NCBI GenBank assembly: GCA_964580865.1
Contig: CAZONM010000002.1
Span: forward strand, 1-58,912
Direction: 5' to 3'
From: an uncultured Myxococcales bacterium
GTDB lineage: Bacteria; Myxococcota; UBA727; VGSZ01
DNA: 58,912 nt
This document shows positions 11,428 to 22,486 of this stretch, in pieces; position 1 is the first letter of the stretch; each line of letters opens with the position of its first letter. Made by a program: the position numbers and the translations under genes. The notes beneath the pieces were generated by a model that was given only the letters and a program-made list of their open reading frames with translations, ran no database searches and had not been told where the DNA came from.

Positions 11428-12534
11428 ATGCTTGTCGCCCCGCTGCTCCTCTCGTTCGCATGTGCGGCCGCCGACGCCGAGGCGCCGCCCTCCCCGCGCG
11501 GCATCGTGCAGTGGACGGCGGCGCTCCCGGGCGCGCCGGCGCGCGGCTGCGCCACCGACGAGCAGCGCGTGTTCCAAGGGGTGATGCGACCGGTCGACAA
11601 ACGCGAGCACGCGCTGCTGGTCGCCGTCGATCGCGCCACCGGGAGCGTCGCGTGGCAACGCGAAGTTGGCCGCGGCTACCCGCACGCCGCCCCCGGCGTG
11701 GTGGGGCCACTGGTGGTGCACGGCGGCTTCTCCGGCGACGTGCTCGCGCTCGATCGCGTCACCGGCGCCGAGCGCTGGCGCTTCAAGAACGGCGACGGGG
11801 GCCTGCTGTCGACGCCGCACGTGGAGCGCACGGCCGCCGGCGAGCGCGTGTGGCTCGGCTTCATCGGCGGCGCCGTCGCCCTCGACGCCACCACGGGTAC
11901 GGAGCTGCTGCGCATCCCCATGGCGGCGGGCACCGCCGTGCTCGGGGTGCGCGACGGACGCGTCTTCGTGCATGCCATGGCCGAGAACCTGGTGCTCGCC
12001 TTCGACAGCGCCAGCGGGCGCGAGCTGTGGCGCGTCACGGGGCCGGTCATCGATCACGAGCGCCACGTCGTCGCCGGGTTTCAGCCCGAGGCCGTGGCCG
12101 TGGACCAGCGGTTCATCTACGTGCCCACCAACGTCGCCGAGACCTGGGCCGTGGAGGTGGCCACGGGCAAGAAGCGCTGGGGCTTCGAGCCCGCGCCCGG
12201 CGGCGGCAGCTTCGGCAACACGCTGGCGCTCAACGGCACCGCGCTGTTCCTGTCGTCGAGCGCGAGCAAGATGAGCACGGTGGCGCGCGTCGACGCCGCC
12301 ACCGGCGTGCTGTCGTGGCGCCGCGACCTGACGGGCATCGTGCACGGCACGCCGCTGGTGGTCGGCGACGTGGTGGTGGTGCCCACGGGCGGCGCGGGCC
12401 TGGTGGGCTTCGGCGCGCGCGACGGTGAGCCCCGCTTCACCATCGCCACCGGCGCCTCGTGGTGGGACGCGTGCAGCGCCGACGGCGTGGTGTACGTGGG
12501 CCACGAGCGCCGCAAGCTGAGCGCCGTGCGCTGA
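11428..12534 (+). CDS. Secreted PQQ-like (BamB-type) beta-propeller protein
   Basis: Signal peptide MLVAPLLLSFACAAA; repeated Trp-docking motifs (AVDRATGSVAW, ALDRVTGAERW, AFDSASGRELW, VDAATGVLSW). Confidence 0.8.
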   Translation: MLVAPLLLSFACAAADAEAPPSPRGIVQWTAALPGAPARGCATDEQRVFQGVMRPVDKREHALLVAVDRATGSVAWQREVGRGYPHAAPGVVGPLVVHGGFSGDVLALDRVTGAERWRFKNGDGGLLSTPHVERTAAGERVWLGFIGGAVALDATTGTELLRIPMAAGTAVLGVRDGRVFVHAMAENLVLAFDSASGRELWRVTGPVIDHERHVVAGFQPEAVAVDQRFIYVPTNVAETWAVEVATGKKRWGFEPAPGGGSFGNTLALNGTALFLSSSASKMSTVARVDAATGVLSWRRDLTGIVHGTPLVVGDVVVVPTGGAGLVGFGARDGEPRFTIATGASWWDACSADGVVYVGHERRKLSAVR

Positions 12535-12536
12535 GA

Positions 12537-14282
12537 TCAGCGGGGTGGCGCGCGCAGCACGGTCACCGACCACGGCGAAAGCGTCACCCGGAACGCGTTC
12601 TGCGCCACGGCGTCGACGGCCGCGGCGGCAGCGATCGTGGGGCCGTCGCCGTCGAGCACGAAGCGCGCGAGCTGCGCGGTGGCGGGCGCGGCCAGCGTCA
12701 GGGTGGCGTCGATGGCGTCGTCGGACTTGTTGAGCACGACCACCACCAGCGGCCCATCGGAGGCGTACACCGTCACGCGCTCGACGTCGGTGGTGCTGGC
12801 CGCCACCGACGTGGCGCCGAACGCCGCGCCGCCGCCGTCGACGTTGGTGAACGTGCGCAGGCCGGCGCGCGCGTACGGCTCGTCGCCGGCGAGCGGGTAG
12901 TACGTGGCCGCAACCACGCCCATACGCCCAAACACGCCGAGCACGTCGGCGACGGCGATGGCCCCGGAGATGTGCGAGCCGCCCCCGTAGTTCCACTCGG
13001 TGAACGACAGGCCCGTGCCCGGGTAGTGCGCGTCGATGTGCGCGAACAGCGTGGGCAGGAGCGCCACGGCGCCGCCGAGCACGTCGTGGGCGATCCAGCT
13101 GTCCTCGACGTACGTGGGATCCCACAGCGAGCGCGGCGCCTGCACGCGCTCGTCGGCGGCGGTGTCGTCCTGAGCGTCGCTCACGCGCACGCCGTCGCCT
13201 CGCGCCTCGGGGTACCAGTGCAGGTCGAGCACGTCGACCAGGCGGCGCCCGTGGGTCTGCTCGGCGTCGGCGAGGGCGTCGAGGAACCAGGGGATGAACT
13301 CGCCGTGCGCGCCCGCGTCGGGCGCGTTCTGCAGCGTGGTGTAGCCGTTGTAGCCGTAGCTGACGAAGCCGAGCACCGTGACGTCGTCGTCGACATCCTT
13401 GACGGCGCCCGCGAACGCCACCGTGCGATCGCGCAGTTCGACGTAGCTCACCGGCTCGGGGTGGATGCGCGGGTGCGTCTCCGACCAAAGATCGGGCTCG
13501 TTGTCGAGGTCGACGAGCAGCGGCACCGTCGGCCAGTGGGCGCGCACGTAGGCGAGGGCCTCGTCTTGATAGACGGCGCCGTCGCCCTCGTCCGGCGGGT
13601 CGACGAAGGCCGCGCCCTTGGCGGCGTGGTTCGCGACGAAGCGCGTCTGCAAGTAGCTCGAGCCCGAGTTGGCGACGTCGCCCACGCAGGCCGGCGGACC
13701 CTGGCCTCCGTCGCCGAGGTCGTCGTGGTCGGCGGCGACGTAGTCGACCATGGGCAGCGTCACCAGCGCCGCCGTGCCGCGCGCCTCGGCGTCGTCGAGG
13801 AGATCGACGAAGGCGTTGGCCGGGGGCGCGCTCGGCCCGCCCAGCATGGCGTCGTTCTGGTTGCACCAGTCGGTGCCCGCGTTGCTCGCGTTGTTCTCCC
13901 AGTTGTAGGCCGTCAGGCGGTTGCCGCCGCTGCGCACCACCGATGGCCGGTCTTGCGCGGCGTGTTCGCCGCCGTTCCACCCGTAGATCAGCGGGGAGAT
14001 GGGCCGACGGCCGGTGTCGACGCGCACCTGCAGCACGACGTCCGCGGCACCGGGATCGCCGGGCTCGACGATGGGGTCGCCCTCGCCTTCACCTTCACCT
14101 TCACCTTCACCTTCACCTTCACCTTCACCTTCACCTTCACCCTCACCTTCACCTTCACCTTCACCTTCACCTTCGCCCTCGCCCTCGCCCTCGCCCTCAC
14201 CGGGCACGGACGGCGGGCAGGCCGCGAGCACGGCGGCGGTGAACGGCAACGACGCGAGCGGCAGGAAGCGGCGCATGGCCAA
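12537..14282 (-). CDS. Lipoprotein glycoside hydrolase family 44 (endoglucanase/xyloglucanase-like) with a (GE)20 linker
   Basis: Lipobox VLAAC; GH44 motifs SGGNRLTAYNWENNASNAG, LDNEPDLW, DLHWYPE and FTEWNYGG. Confidence 0.85.
   Translation of the reverse strand: MAMRRFLPLASLPFTAAVLAACPPSVPGEGEGEGEGEGEGEGEGEGEGEGEGEGEGEGEGEGEGEGEGDPIVEPGDPGAADVVLQVRVDTGRRPISPLIYGWNGGEHAAQDRPSVVRSGGNRLTAYNWENNASNAGTDWCNQNDAMLGGPSAPPANAFVDLLDDAEARGTAALVTLPMVDYVAADHDDLGDGGQGPPACVGDVANSGSSYLQTRFVANHAAKGAAFVDPPDEGDGAVYQDEALAYVRAHWPTVPLLVDLDNEPDLWSETHPRIHPEPVSYVELRDRTVAFAGAVKDVDDDVTVLGFVSYGYNGYTTLQNAPDAGAHGEFIPWFLDALADAEQTHGRRLVDVLDLHWYPEARGDGVRVSDAQDDTAADERVQAPRSLWDPTYVEDSWIAHDVLGGAVALLPTLFAHIDAHYPGTGLSFTEWNYGGGSHISGAIAVADVLGVFGRMGVVAATYYPLAGDEPYARAGLRTFTNVDGGGAAFGATSVAASTTDVERVTVYASDGPLVVVVLNKSDDAIDATLTLAAPATAQLARFVLDGDGPTIAAAAAVDAVAQNAFRVTLSPWSVTVLRAPPR
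14082..14201 (-). repeat. In-frame 6-bp tandem repeat encoding (Gly-Glu)20
   Basis: The minus strand reads GGCGAG blocks followed by a long GGTGAA run; 120 nt. Confidence 0.97.
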
Positions 14283-14446
14283 GCCTACTGCGGGCGGCGG
14301 GCGCGCCGCCGCCTTGTTTCCGACGCGTTCGTGGGCGCGCCAGTCGCGTGCGGCGGCGCGCCAGCGTGACGCCGCGAGGGCCGCAGCCGACGTGCCCCTT
14401 TGAATTCCACGGGCGCGCCCTCTAACGATGGCGCCTGGAGTACGCC

Positions 14447-16144
14447 ATGAGCTCGCCTGCCTTCCCCGCCCCGCCGTCGTCGGTGCCGCCCACCACCACC
14501 GCCGAGCTCGATCGCAAGCTCGCGCGGCTGCGCGCGCACAAAGACGCGTGGGTGCAGCTACCGCGCAAGGAGAAGATCGCGCTGTTGCGCGCCACCATGG
14601 AGCTGCTGCAGGCCGAGGGCCCGGCGTGGGCGGCCACGTTGGCGCGCATCAAGGGCTTCGATCCCGAGACACCGGGCGCGGGCGAGGCGTGGCTCGACGG
14701 GCCCGTGATCGTGGCGCGCAACCTCCGTCAGTACATCGAGCTGTTGGAGCACGACGGCCACCCGAGGCCGGCAGGTCTGCGCCAGCGCCCCGACGGCCAG
14801 TGGGTGGCGCAGGTCTTTCCGCGCAACCTGTTCGACAAGCTGCTGCTCGATCGATGGGTTGCCGAGGTGTGGATCGAGAAGGGCAAGGCGCCGAGCCAGG
14901 GCGCCTTGGTGAACGCCAAGCCCGCCGGCGGGCGCATCGGCCTCGTGCTCGGCGCCGGCAACGTCGGCTTCCTGGCCCCGTGCGACGCGCTCTACAAGCT
15001 GGTGTTCGAGCACGAGGTCGTCATCCTGAAGATGAACCCGGTCAACGAGGCCGGCGGCCCCCACCTCGAGAAGGTGTTCGCGCCCTTCATCGAGCGCGGC
15101 TTCGTCGAGCTCTGTTACGGCGCCGGCGACGTCGGCGCGTACCTCGCCACCCACGCCGACGTCGAGACGCTGCACGTCACCGGCAGCAACCGCACCTACG
15201 ACGCCATCGTCTGGGGCGGCGCCCCCGACGAGCAGCGCGAGCGCAAGGCGACGGGCACCAAGGCGAACGACAAGCCGTTCTCGGCCGAGCTCGGGGGCGT
15301 GGGCCCCTTGATCGTGGTGCCGGGCGAGTGGTCGGAGAGCGACCTGCGCTACCAGGCGTCGCACGTGCTCGCCACCATGGCCAACAACGCGAGCTTCATC
15401 TGCGTGGCCGGCAAGGCGCTCATCCTGTCGAAGGACTGGCCGCAGAAGGATCGCTTCCTCGAGCTGCTACGCGAGGAGATGGCGCGCACGCCGGCGCGCA
15501 AGGCCTACTACCCCGGCGCCGCTGCGCGCCACCAGGAGTTCCTGCAGCGCTACCCGAAGGCCGAGGTGTTCGGCGACGCCCCCGCGGGCGCGCTGCCGTG
15601 GACGCTCATCCCCAACGTGCCCGCGCAGCGCGGCGAGTACGCCCTCACCAACGAGGCGTTCTGCTCCGTGATCGCCCACGTCGAGATCCCGGGAAAGACC
15701 GCCGAGGAGTTCTTGCCCGCCGCCGTCGACGTCGCCAACGACGTCGTGTGGGGCACGCTCGGCGCCAACGTGGTCATCGATCCCGCCACCGCGGCGCGCT
15801 TGGGGTCACGCTTCGAGGACGAGCTTGCGCGCCTGCGCTACGGCACCATCGGCGTCAACGTATGGGCGGGCGCAGGCGCCGGGCTCACGGAGCTCGCGTG
15901 GGGCGCGTACCCCGGCCACTCGCCCGACGACGTGCAGTCGGGCATCGGCAAGGTGCACAACGCCTTCGCCTTCGACTTCCCGGAGAAGAGCGTGGTGCGC
16001 GGGCCGTTCCGCCCGCGCATCAAGCACGTCTACTTCCACGGCCACCGCACGCTCGATCGCGTGGGCGCGGCCATGCTCAAGGCCGAGCAGAACCCGTCGC
16101 TCTTGCACATCCCCAAGCTGGCCGCCGCCGCCCTGCGCGGGTGA
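14447..16144 (+). CDS. Aldehyde dehydrogenase family protein, substrate unknown
   Basis: GAGNV, ILKMNPVN, HVTGS, AELGG (general-base Glu), NNASFICVAG (catalytic Cys) and NEAFC motifs. Confidence 0.82.
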   Translation: MSSPAFPAPPSSVPPTTTAELDRKLARLRAHKDAWVQLPRKEKIALLRATMELLQAEGPAWAATLARIKGFDPETPGAGEAWLDGPVIVARNLRQYIELLEHDGHPRPAGLRQRPDGQWVAQVFPRNLFDKLLLDRWVAEVWIEKGKAPSQGALVNAKPAGGRIGLVLGAGNVGFLAPCDALYKLVFEHEVVILKMNPVNEAGGPHLEKVFAPFIERGFVELCYGAGDVGAYLATHADVETLHVTGSNRTYDAIVWGGAPDEQRERKATGTKANDKPFSAELGGVGPLIVVPGEWSESDLRYQASHVLATMANNASFICVAGKALILSKDWPQKDRFLELLREEMARTPARKAYYPGAAARHQEFLQRYPKAEVFGDAPAGALPWTLIPNVPAQRGEYALTNEAFCSVIAHVEIPGKTAEEFLPAAVDVANDVVWGTLGANVVIDPATAARLGSRFEDELARLRYGTIGVNVWAGAGAGLTELAWGAYPGHSPDDVQSGIGKVHNAFAFDFPEKSVVRGPFRPRIKHVYFHGHRTLDRVGAAMLKAEQNPSLLHIPKLAAAALRG

Positions 16145-16147
16145 GCG

Positions 16148-17020
16148 TCACGGCTCTGTGCCGTCGAGGAAGAACGCGGCCAGCGCCGCGGTGGCGTCGA
16201 TCTCCCGCGTGGCGTCCGACAGGCGCGGCGGGCGCCCCGGCCAGCCGTGGCCACCGCCCTCGACGATCACGTTGACCACCGGCGCGCTGCAGCCCGCGCG
16301 CTCTTCGATGATGACCCGTGTCCCGTCCTTCGGATCGCGATCGATGGGCGCGCGCCGCGTGGGCGCCTGGCACCCGGCCACACGCGCGAACACCTCGGCG
16401 GTCGCAGCGTTGCTCTGGATGAGGCCACGCTCGCCCTTGCGCCCGACACCGCCGCCCTCGAAGGGCACCAGCGTGTCGGCGGTGCCGTGAAAGAGCATCA
16501 GCGGCACCGCGCGCGAGGGCGCGCACGCGGTCTTCGGCAGGCTGGCCGCCACCGCGCCCACGCCCGCGAAGCGCTCGGCGTGCGTGCAGGCGAGCGTGAG
16601 CGCGAGGAAGCCGCCGTTCGAGTGGCCCGTGACATACACGCGCGCCGGATCGACGCGCCCCTCGGCCACCAGCGTGTCGACAAGCGCGAGCACGAAGCCC
16701 ACGTCGTCGTGTCCGGCGACGCGGCGCGCGGGATCGAGCGTGAGCTGGCGCGCGTCGCTCCAGCGGCGGTCCATGCCCTGCGGGTACGCCACCAGCGCGC
16801 CCCGCGCGGCGGCCTCGACGTCGAAGCGCGTGTGCTGGCGCACCTGCGACGCGGTCCCGAAGCGCCCGTGCAGCACGATCACGAGCGGCGCCTTGGGCGG
16901 CGCGCTCGCGGGCGCGAACAGCTGGTAGCTGCGCTGCACGCCGCCCACGGTGATGGTCGCGGTGGCGCTCGACGGCTCCGCCGTGGTCGCGAACAGCGCG
17001 GCGACGGCGAGCGCGATCAT
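16148..17020 (-). CDS. Secreted PHB-depolymerase/LpqC-type esterase
   Basis: Signal peptide; LVIVLHG, DDVGFV, nucleophile GHSNGG, HGTAD, GGGHGWPG; ATGA overlap with the upstream gene. Confidence 0.85.
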   Translation of the reverse strand: MIALAVAALFATTAEPSSATATITVGGVQRSYQLFAPASAPPKAPLVIVLHGRFGTASQVRQHTRFDVEAAARGALVAYPQGMDRRWSDARQLTLDPARRVAGHDDVGFVLALVDTLVAEGRVDPARVYVTGHSNGGFLALTLACTHAERFAGVGAVAASLPKTACAPSRAVPLMLFHGTADTLVPFEGGGVGRKGERGLIQSNAATAEVFARVAGCQAPTRRAPIDRDPKDGTRVIIEERAGCSAPVVNVIVEGGGHGWPGRPPRLSDATREIDATAALAAFFLDGTEP

Positions 17021-18123
17021 CGCGCGGCGGGCGCGGGCGCCGCGGCAGCGGCAGCCGGCACGTCGGCGCGCCCCTCCCAGTCGGTGAAGAACGCCGCCAT
17101 CACGCCCGTGGCCACGACCGCGACGCCGGAGGCGACGTAGAAGCCGTTGGCCACCCACGCCAACGTCGTGCCGAACGCCTGCTTGGCGACGGCGTCGGCG
17201 CCGGGCTGCGGCACCTCGATCGAGAGCGTCATCTGCTGGTGGTAGTCCTGCTGCACGAACGCCATCCCCGCGCCGAAGGCCGCGCCGGTGGCCAAGAGGA
17301 CGACGCCGGTGCCGGCCCCCGTCCACACCGCCCAGGGCCGCAGCGGCGGCGGCGCGCTGTGATCGACCTGACCGGGCGCGAGCGCCGCCGTGAGGGGCGC
17401 GGCGGACGAGCCCGCGGTGAGGAGCGCGCCGTCGGCGTCGGCGGTCTCGACGTAGAACTCCAACGTGGCGCCGCCATCGTTGGCCGTGACCTCGGCGGGC
17501 AGCACGCCGCTCCAGCGCCCGGTCGCGTCGTCGCGCAACAGCGCCAGCGACGAGAACGCGGGCTCACCCTGCTTCCGGTACTGCACGCGCACCGCGCTGG
17601 CGACGGCGTTCGGGTCCTTCACCAGGTACGAGAACAGCGCCGGCCGCCCGCCGGGGAGCTTGGTCGGGTGCGCGCCCACGAGCTCCATCTCGCGGATGTG
17701 GCGCGCGCGCGTGAGCTTCCTCATCTCGTCGACGATGGCGCGCTCTTCGGCCTGCACCTTGCGGAACACGGACATGATCTTGGGAGGCGTGTCGGCCGGC
17801 AGCTCGAAGCCGGGGCGACCGCGCAGCAACGCGCGGAACGGCTTCTCGGCCTCGATGGGGTCGCCGACGATGGCGCGACACGAGCCCTCGAGCACATAGG
17901 CGTCGAGCCGCATGTCGATGGGCACCGCGTCGCCGCGCGCGAGCAGCTCGGTGACGAGCGGCAGCACGGCGTCGTACTCGAGCTGCTCGAACTGCGCGCG
18001 CGCGCGCCTGGCGAGCTCGGCGTTGTCGAGGCGGGCCGCGGCGGGCACCGGCGCCCCGGCGAGCGCGGCAGGGGCCGCGACCACGACGACGAGCGCGACG
18101 CAGGCGAGGCGCGGCATGGTCAT
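17017..18123 (-). CDS. Secreted TPR-like protein with a C-terminal hydrophobic helix pair
   Basis: Signal peptide LACVALVVVVAAPAALA; helical repeat region (ARAQFEQLEYDAV..AYVLEGSCRAIVGD..AEKPFRALL); two Gly/Ala-rich hydrophobic segments at the C-terminus. Confidence 0.65.
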   Translation of the reverse strand: MTMPRLACVALVVVVAAPAALAGAPVPAAARLDNAELARRARAQFEQLEYDAVLPLVTELLARGDAVPIDMRLDAYVLEGSCRAIVGDPIEAEKPFRALLRGRPGFELPADTPPKIMSVFRKVQAEERAIVDEMRKLTRARHIREMELVGAHPTKLPGGRPALFSYLVKDPNAVASAVRVQYRKQGEPAFSSLALLRDDATGRWSGVLPAEVTANDGGATLEFYVETADADGALLTAGSSAAPLTAALAPGQVDHSAPPPLRPWAVWTGAGTGVVLLATGAAFGAGMAFVQQDYHQQMTLSIEVPQPGADAVAKQAFGTTLAWVANGFYVASGVAVVATGVMAAFFTDWEGRADVPAAAAAAPAPAAR

Positions 18124-18335
18124 CGAGGCTAGCGCCGCGACGTGTGGCCGCGCCACTGGCGGACAGGTGGGCCACCCCGAGCCGGCGCCCGCTGCGCGGC
18201 GTTGCGGCGCACGGTCCGCGTCGAGCGCGCGCCCTGTGGCGCGCGCCGCCCAGCGATGGGCGCACCCTTGCCTACATGGCGCCTCGACGGGAGACAGGTC
18301 GCGGCCGCGCACCGCGTCCCCGCTATGCTCGCGAC

Positions 18336-20276
18336 GTGCCGCCTCCCACCACGACCACCGGCGCAGCGCCGGGCTCGGTGGCCCCGCAGCCGTCCGAGCT
18401 GGTCTTCGGCCGCTACCAGATCATCCGACGCCTCGCCGTGGGCGGCATGGGCGAGGTGTTCCTGGCGCGCCAGTCGGGCGTGGCGGGGTTCGACCGGCTC
18501 GTGATCTTGAAGAGCCTGCTGCCCGACCTGGCGGCGCAGGATGACTTCGTCGAGCAGTTCCTCGACGAGGCGCGCGTCGCCGCCACCCTCAACCACCCAA
18601 ACATCGTCAGCATCTACGAAGTGGGGCTGTGGAACGGCACGTACTTCATCGCCATGGAGTACATCCGCGGCGACAACCTCTCGCGCCTGGCGCGCGCCGC
18701 CGAGCGCGCCAAGCGGCGCATGCCGGTCGACGTCGCGGCGTTCGTGGTGCACGAGGCCGCGCAGGCGCTCGATCACGCGCATAAGGCGTGCGACCTCCAC
18801 GGCGCGCCGCTGCACATCGTGCACCGCGACGTGAGCCCGCAGAACATCATGGTGCGCACCGACGGCGTCACCAAGGTCGTCGACTTCGGCATCGCCAAGG
18901 CCGCCAACCGCTCGTCGCGCACCGCTACGGGGCTGCTCAAGGGCAAGGTGCAGTACATGGCGCCCGAGCAGGTCATGGGCGGCCAGGTCGACGGCCGCAC
19001 CGATCAGTTCGCGCTTGGCGTGGTGCTGTGGGAGCTGGTGACAGGCAAGAAGCTCTTCTCCGGCGGCAACGACATCGAGGTGCTGCGCGCGGTGCTGCAC
19101 GCGCCCATGCCGCCCCTCGTCGAGGCCGAGCCCTCCTGCCCGCCGGAGCTGTCGCGGATCGTCGAGCGCATGATCGCGCGCGACGTCGCGCTGCGCTACG
19201 CGACGCTGGCCGACGCGGCCGCCGAGCTCAAGGCGTACCTCGACGTGCGCGGCCTGAAGAACGCCCAGCAAGAGACCGCGCGTTTCGTCGCCGACACGTT
19301 GGGCGAAGAGATCTCGGCCAAGACCGTGGACCTGACGCCGTCGGGCGCCAACAACTTCGTCATCAACCTATCGCAGACCGACAAGCCGCCCACGGCGCCC
19401 ACCATGGTGACGCCCGTGGGCAAGAGCCGGGCGTCCGTGGGCATCGCCGCGGGGGCCGCGTTGGCGCTGGTGCTGGCCGCGGGCATGGCGGCGCTCCTCC
19501 TGGTGCCCGCCGAGCCACCGCCACCCGCGTCAGTGGTGGCGGCGGCGCCCAAGATCGCCGTCGACGCGCAGCCCGCGGGCGCGCGCGTGCGCGTCGACGG
19601 CGCCGACGTGGGTGCGGCGCCGGTCACCGTGGACGTCACGGCCGACGTGGAGCACGAGGTGGAGATCAGCGCGCCGGGCCATGAGCCACGGGTGGAGCGG
19701 GTGACGCTCAAGCCCGGCGACATGCGCGGCATCATGGCCATGCTCGTGAAGCAGAAGGCCACGCTCGCGCTCACCAGCAACCTCGTGGGGGCCGTGATCA
19801 CGCTCGATGACCGCGAGGTGGGCGTGACGCCGCTCGAGCTGGCGATCGAGCCCGAGCGCGCGCATGCGCTCACGGCCGAGCTCCAGCGCGGCAAGGAGCG
19901 CTATCGCTACGCGGGCGAGGTGTCGGGCGCGCCGGGGGAGCGGGTGAGTCTCGCGCTGCGGCTCGAGAAGCAGCGCGCGACCGAGGCGTGTCCGCCGGGG
20001 ACGAGCCGAGTGGGGGGGCGATGCGTAGCTCCCGCCCAACCCGAGCCCAAGGCGCCGCCCCCCGAGGCCAGCAAGGGCTTTCTGACGGTGAAGACCACGC
20101 CGTGGGCCAAGATCTCCATCGACGGTCAGCCGTGGGGCTCGACGCCCGTGGCGAAGGTGCCGCTGGCGCCGGGGACGCACACGGTGCGCCTGGTGAACGA
20201 GGACGCCGGCAAGGACGTGACCAAGAAGGTCACCATCAAGAGCGGCGAGACGCTGAAACAAGACTGGGGGCTATGA
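18336..20276 (+). CDS. Membrane Ser/Thr protein kinase with extracytoplasmic PEGA domains
   Basis: [21 protein letters not shown] and [10 protein letters not shown] motifs; one TM; about 3 PEGA-like repeats ([38 protein letters not shown]). GTG start inferred. Confidence 0.9.
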   Translation: MPPPTTTTGAAPGSVAPQPSELVFGRYQIIRRLAVGGMGEVFLARQSGVAGFDRLVILKSLLPDLAAQDDFVEQFLDEARVAATLNHPNIVSIYEVGLWNGTYFIAMEYIRGDNLSRLARAAERAKRRMPVDVAAFVVHEAAQALDHAHKACDLHGAPLHIVHRDVSPQNIMVRTDGVTKVVDFGIAKAANRSSRTATGLLKGKVQYMAPEQVMGGQVDGRTDQFALGVVLWELVTGKKLFSGGNDIEVLRAVLHAPMPPLVEAEPSCPPELSRIVERMIARDVALRYATLADAAAELKAYLDVRGLKNAQQETARFVADTLGEEISAKTVDLTPSGANNFVINLSQTDKPPTAPTMVTPVGKSRASVGIAAGAALALVLAAGMAALLLVPAEPPPPASVVAAAPKIAVDAQPAGARVRVDGADVGAAPVTVDVTADVEHEVEISAPGHEPRVERVTLKPGDMRGIMAMLVKQKATLALTSNLVGAVITLDDREVGVTPLELAIEPERAHALTAELQRGKERYRYAGEVSGAPGERVSLALRLEKQRATEACPPGTSRVGGRCVAPAQPEPKAPPPEASKGFLTVKTTPWAKISIDGQPWGSTPVAKVPLAPGTHTVRLVNEDAGKDVTKKVTIKSGETLKQDWGL

Positions 20277-20285
20277 GGGCGACGC

Positions 20286-22484
20286 TCAGGGCGCAGGCAG
20301 CTGCCACAGCACTTCGCCTTCCGCGACCCACACGCGACCGCCAGCCTGTGCCGCGGCGGTGACGCTGTCCCGTGGCAAGTCGGGGCCGAGCATCGTCGAC
20401 AGGCCGACACTGCACGTAGCCGCGTCGATGCTGTGGCTGACGAAGCTCGCGCCCAGGCCGCCGGAGGTGAGGATGCCATCGGCGCAGATCGTCGTGAGCG
20501 CGGTGGCGAATGGGTTGTTTTCCGTGTCGCTGGCATCGGAGACGATCTCGCTGCCGTCCGCCACCTGGACCCGCTGAATGCGCGGGCCGTGACCCGTCAG
20601 GATCGCGCAGGTGTCCGAGAAGGCGTGGACCTCGGATCCGATGAGGTCCGCTGCGTAGTAGTCGTCCGCGCCCGCCGGTGGCAACAAGGTGCCGTCGTCC
20701 CAGGCGCCGATCGCCGTGTGGGCACCATCGAGCTGCGCCACACGCACCCCCGAAGACAGCGCGACGACCAGCGCGTTGCCGACGATGCCCGCGGCGCCGA
20801 TTCTCTCGCCCGGGTCGCCGGCCCCCCCCGGTCCGGCGGGGAAGACGTCGGGCGCGGCGCATGACGCGTCGCTGACGGCGCTCCAGGTGCAGCGCCGCAC
20901 CGTGTGCTCCGCGCCGTCGAACGCGACGAGCCAGAACACGTTGTCGCCGCCGGCGACCGGGTCGCGGGCGACGGCGAGCGCGTCGAGCTTGGCGGGCTCG
21001 TCGTAACCGGCAGGGGTGACGCCGAGCGAGGTCTCCGTGCCGGAGGGCGCGAAGCTCGTCAGGTTGATCCGACGCGCGCTGCCACCCGCGAGCACCGCCA
21101 GCGCCACCGCCCCCCCGTCGTCGACGAGCACCGCGCGGACCGCGCGCCCGTCGAGGGCGCGCTGGACGATCCCGTCGAACGGCGCCACGACCTTCGCCAG
21201 GCCGTTCACCAGGGGCACGAGCGCCGTGCCGGCGGAGCTCGGCACGAGCGAGCCGGAGGGACGATGCGGCAGCACCGTGGCGTGATCGGGCGGGACCAAG
21301 CTGCCCTCGCAGAACGCGGCGTCGGTCTCCCACCGCGCGACGCCGCCGACGGTGGTGGTGGCCCAAACCGAGCTGTCGCCGACGCCGCGGGCCATGCGGT
21401 GCACGTCCTTCATGCGGAAGTCGCCGACCACTGGCTCCACGGCCGCGTCGCGCGCGGCTTGCACGCCGAGGTAGCCGTACTCGCCAAAATGGATCACGCA
21501 GCCAGCGTCGGTGCGCAGCATCCCCAGGGGCACGTCGTCGCCGGCGAGGAGGAAGCCCGCGCCACGCGCCACCACATGCCACCCCAAGGGACCGCCTTCC
21601 CACAGACCCGTCCGCACCTTCTCGGCCGGGTCGCTGGTCGAGCGGGTCACCACGACGGGCGTGCCCTCCGGCGTGCGGGGCTCGAAAGCCAGCCGCGGGA
21701 TGCCGCTGCCGTCCAACAGGTCGCCGCGCGGCGTGATGACGAGGTCGCGGTTGCCGTCGAGCGTCGCCTCAAGGATGGCGCCGCTATCGACGGCGATGGC
21801 GACGCGATCCTCGTCGCCGATGCGGGTGAGGCGCGCGTCCGGCTCATCTGCGTTGAGCGACCGCATCGTCGCCACGGTGCCGAGCTGGCCGCTGCTCGAG
21901 ACCTCGATGATCGCAAGATCCAAGGTGCCCGGCTGGCCGGCAAAGGCCAAGAGCAACGTGGCCGGGTCGCCGTCCTCGAGGAGGGCGCCGGCGACCCTGA
22001 GGTCGCTGGGTCCACTAAGGCGCACCGGCACGGCCTCGGCGAGGGCGCCTCCCGGTAGCATGGCGCACACGACGTTCTCGCCGGTGCGGACCAGCACGCC
22101 TGACGACGTGCGCATGAGCTGTCCGGTGCCGGTGGGCCGGTTGGTGCCGAGGGGGTCGGGGCACCGCCCGATGGGCAGGTGGTTCCCCTCGATGGTCACC
22201 TGCTCGAACGCCCCCGCGTCGGTGATGACGATGGGCCCGTCGGCCGTGCCCGCGATCATGTCGACGATTGTGCCCACGCCGACGCGGTAGGGCGTCAGGA
22301 AACCTTGGTAGTGCGCGCCGACGCAGGTGTCGCCCTCACCCTCACCCTCGCCCTCGCCCTCGCCCTCGCCCTCGCCCTCGCCCAGGCCGGCATCGGGATA
22401 CGGCAGCGCGTCCCAATCGGGTGGGCACGCCACCACCAGCGCGACCAGCGCGAGCGATGACCCGGCCGTGAGCGCGCGCACCAT
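20286..22484 (-). CDS. Large hypothetical lipoprotein with a (GE)8 linker, probably beta-rich/propeller
   Basis: GGAGG RBS; lipobox LVVAC-PP; GE repeat followed by about 690 aa with no family I recognise. Confidence 0.7.
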   Translation of the reverse strand: MVRALTAGSSLALVALVVACPPDWDALPYPDAGLGEGEGEGEGEGEGEGEGDTCVGAHYQGFLTPYRVGVGTIVDMIAGTADGPIVITDAGAFEQVTIEGNHLPIGRCPDPLGTNRPTGTGQLMRTSSGVLVRTGENVVCAMLPGGALAEAVPVRLSGPSDLRVAGALLEDGDPATLLLAFAGQPGTLDLAIIEVSSSGQLGTVATMRSLNADEPDARLTRIGDEDRVAIAVDSGAILEATLDGNRDLVITPRGDLLDGSGIPRLAFEPRTPEGTPVVVTRSTSDPAEKVRTGLWEGGPLGWHVVARGAGFLLAGDDVPLGMLRTDAGCVIHFGEYGYLGVQAARDAAVEPVVGDFRMKDVHRMARGVGDSSVWATTTVGGVARWETDAAFCEGSLVPPDHATVLPHRPSGSLVPSSAGTALVPLVNGLAKVVAPFDGIVQRALDGRAVRAVLVDDGGAVALAVLAGGSARRINLTSFAPSGTETSLGVTPAGYDEPAKLDALAVARDPVAGGDNVFWLVAFDGAEHTVRRCTWSAVSDASCAAPDVFPAGPGGAGDPGERIGAAGIVGNALVVALSSGVRVAQLDGAHTAIGAWDDGTLLPPAGADDYYAADLIGSEVHAFSDTCAILTGHGPRIQRVQVADGSEIVSDASDTENNPFATALTTICADGILTSGGLGASFVSHSIDAATCSVGLSTMLGPDLPRDSVTAAAQAGGRVWVAEGEVLWQLPAP
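22335..22382 (-). repeat. In-frame 6-bp tandem repeat encoding (Gly-Glu)8
   Basis: (GGCGAG)6(GGTGAG)2 on the minus strand, followed by GGCGAC. Confidence 0.95.
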
Positions 22485-22486
22485 CG

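Noticed and set aside
14082-14201. Possible CRISPR array or telomere-like repeat
   Set aside because: It is a pure 6-bp unit with no spacers, in frame within a CDS, and there are no cas genes in the window.
13943-14403. Poly-FT, poly-HL, poly-SP and poly-KV peptides in alternative frames
   Set aside because: They are other-frame readings of the (GE)20 hexamer repeat, not separate genes.
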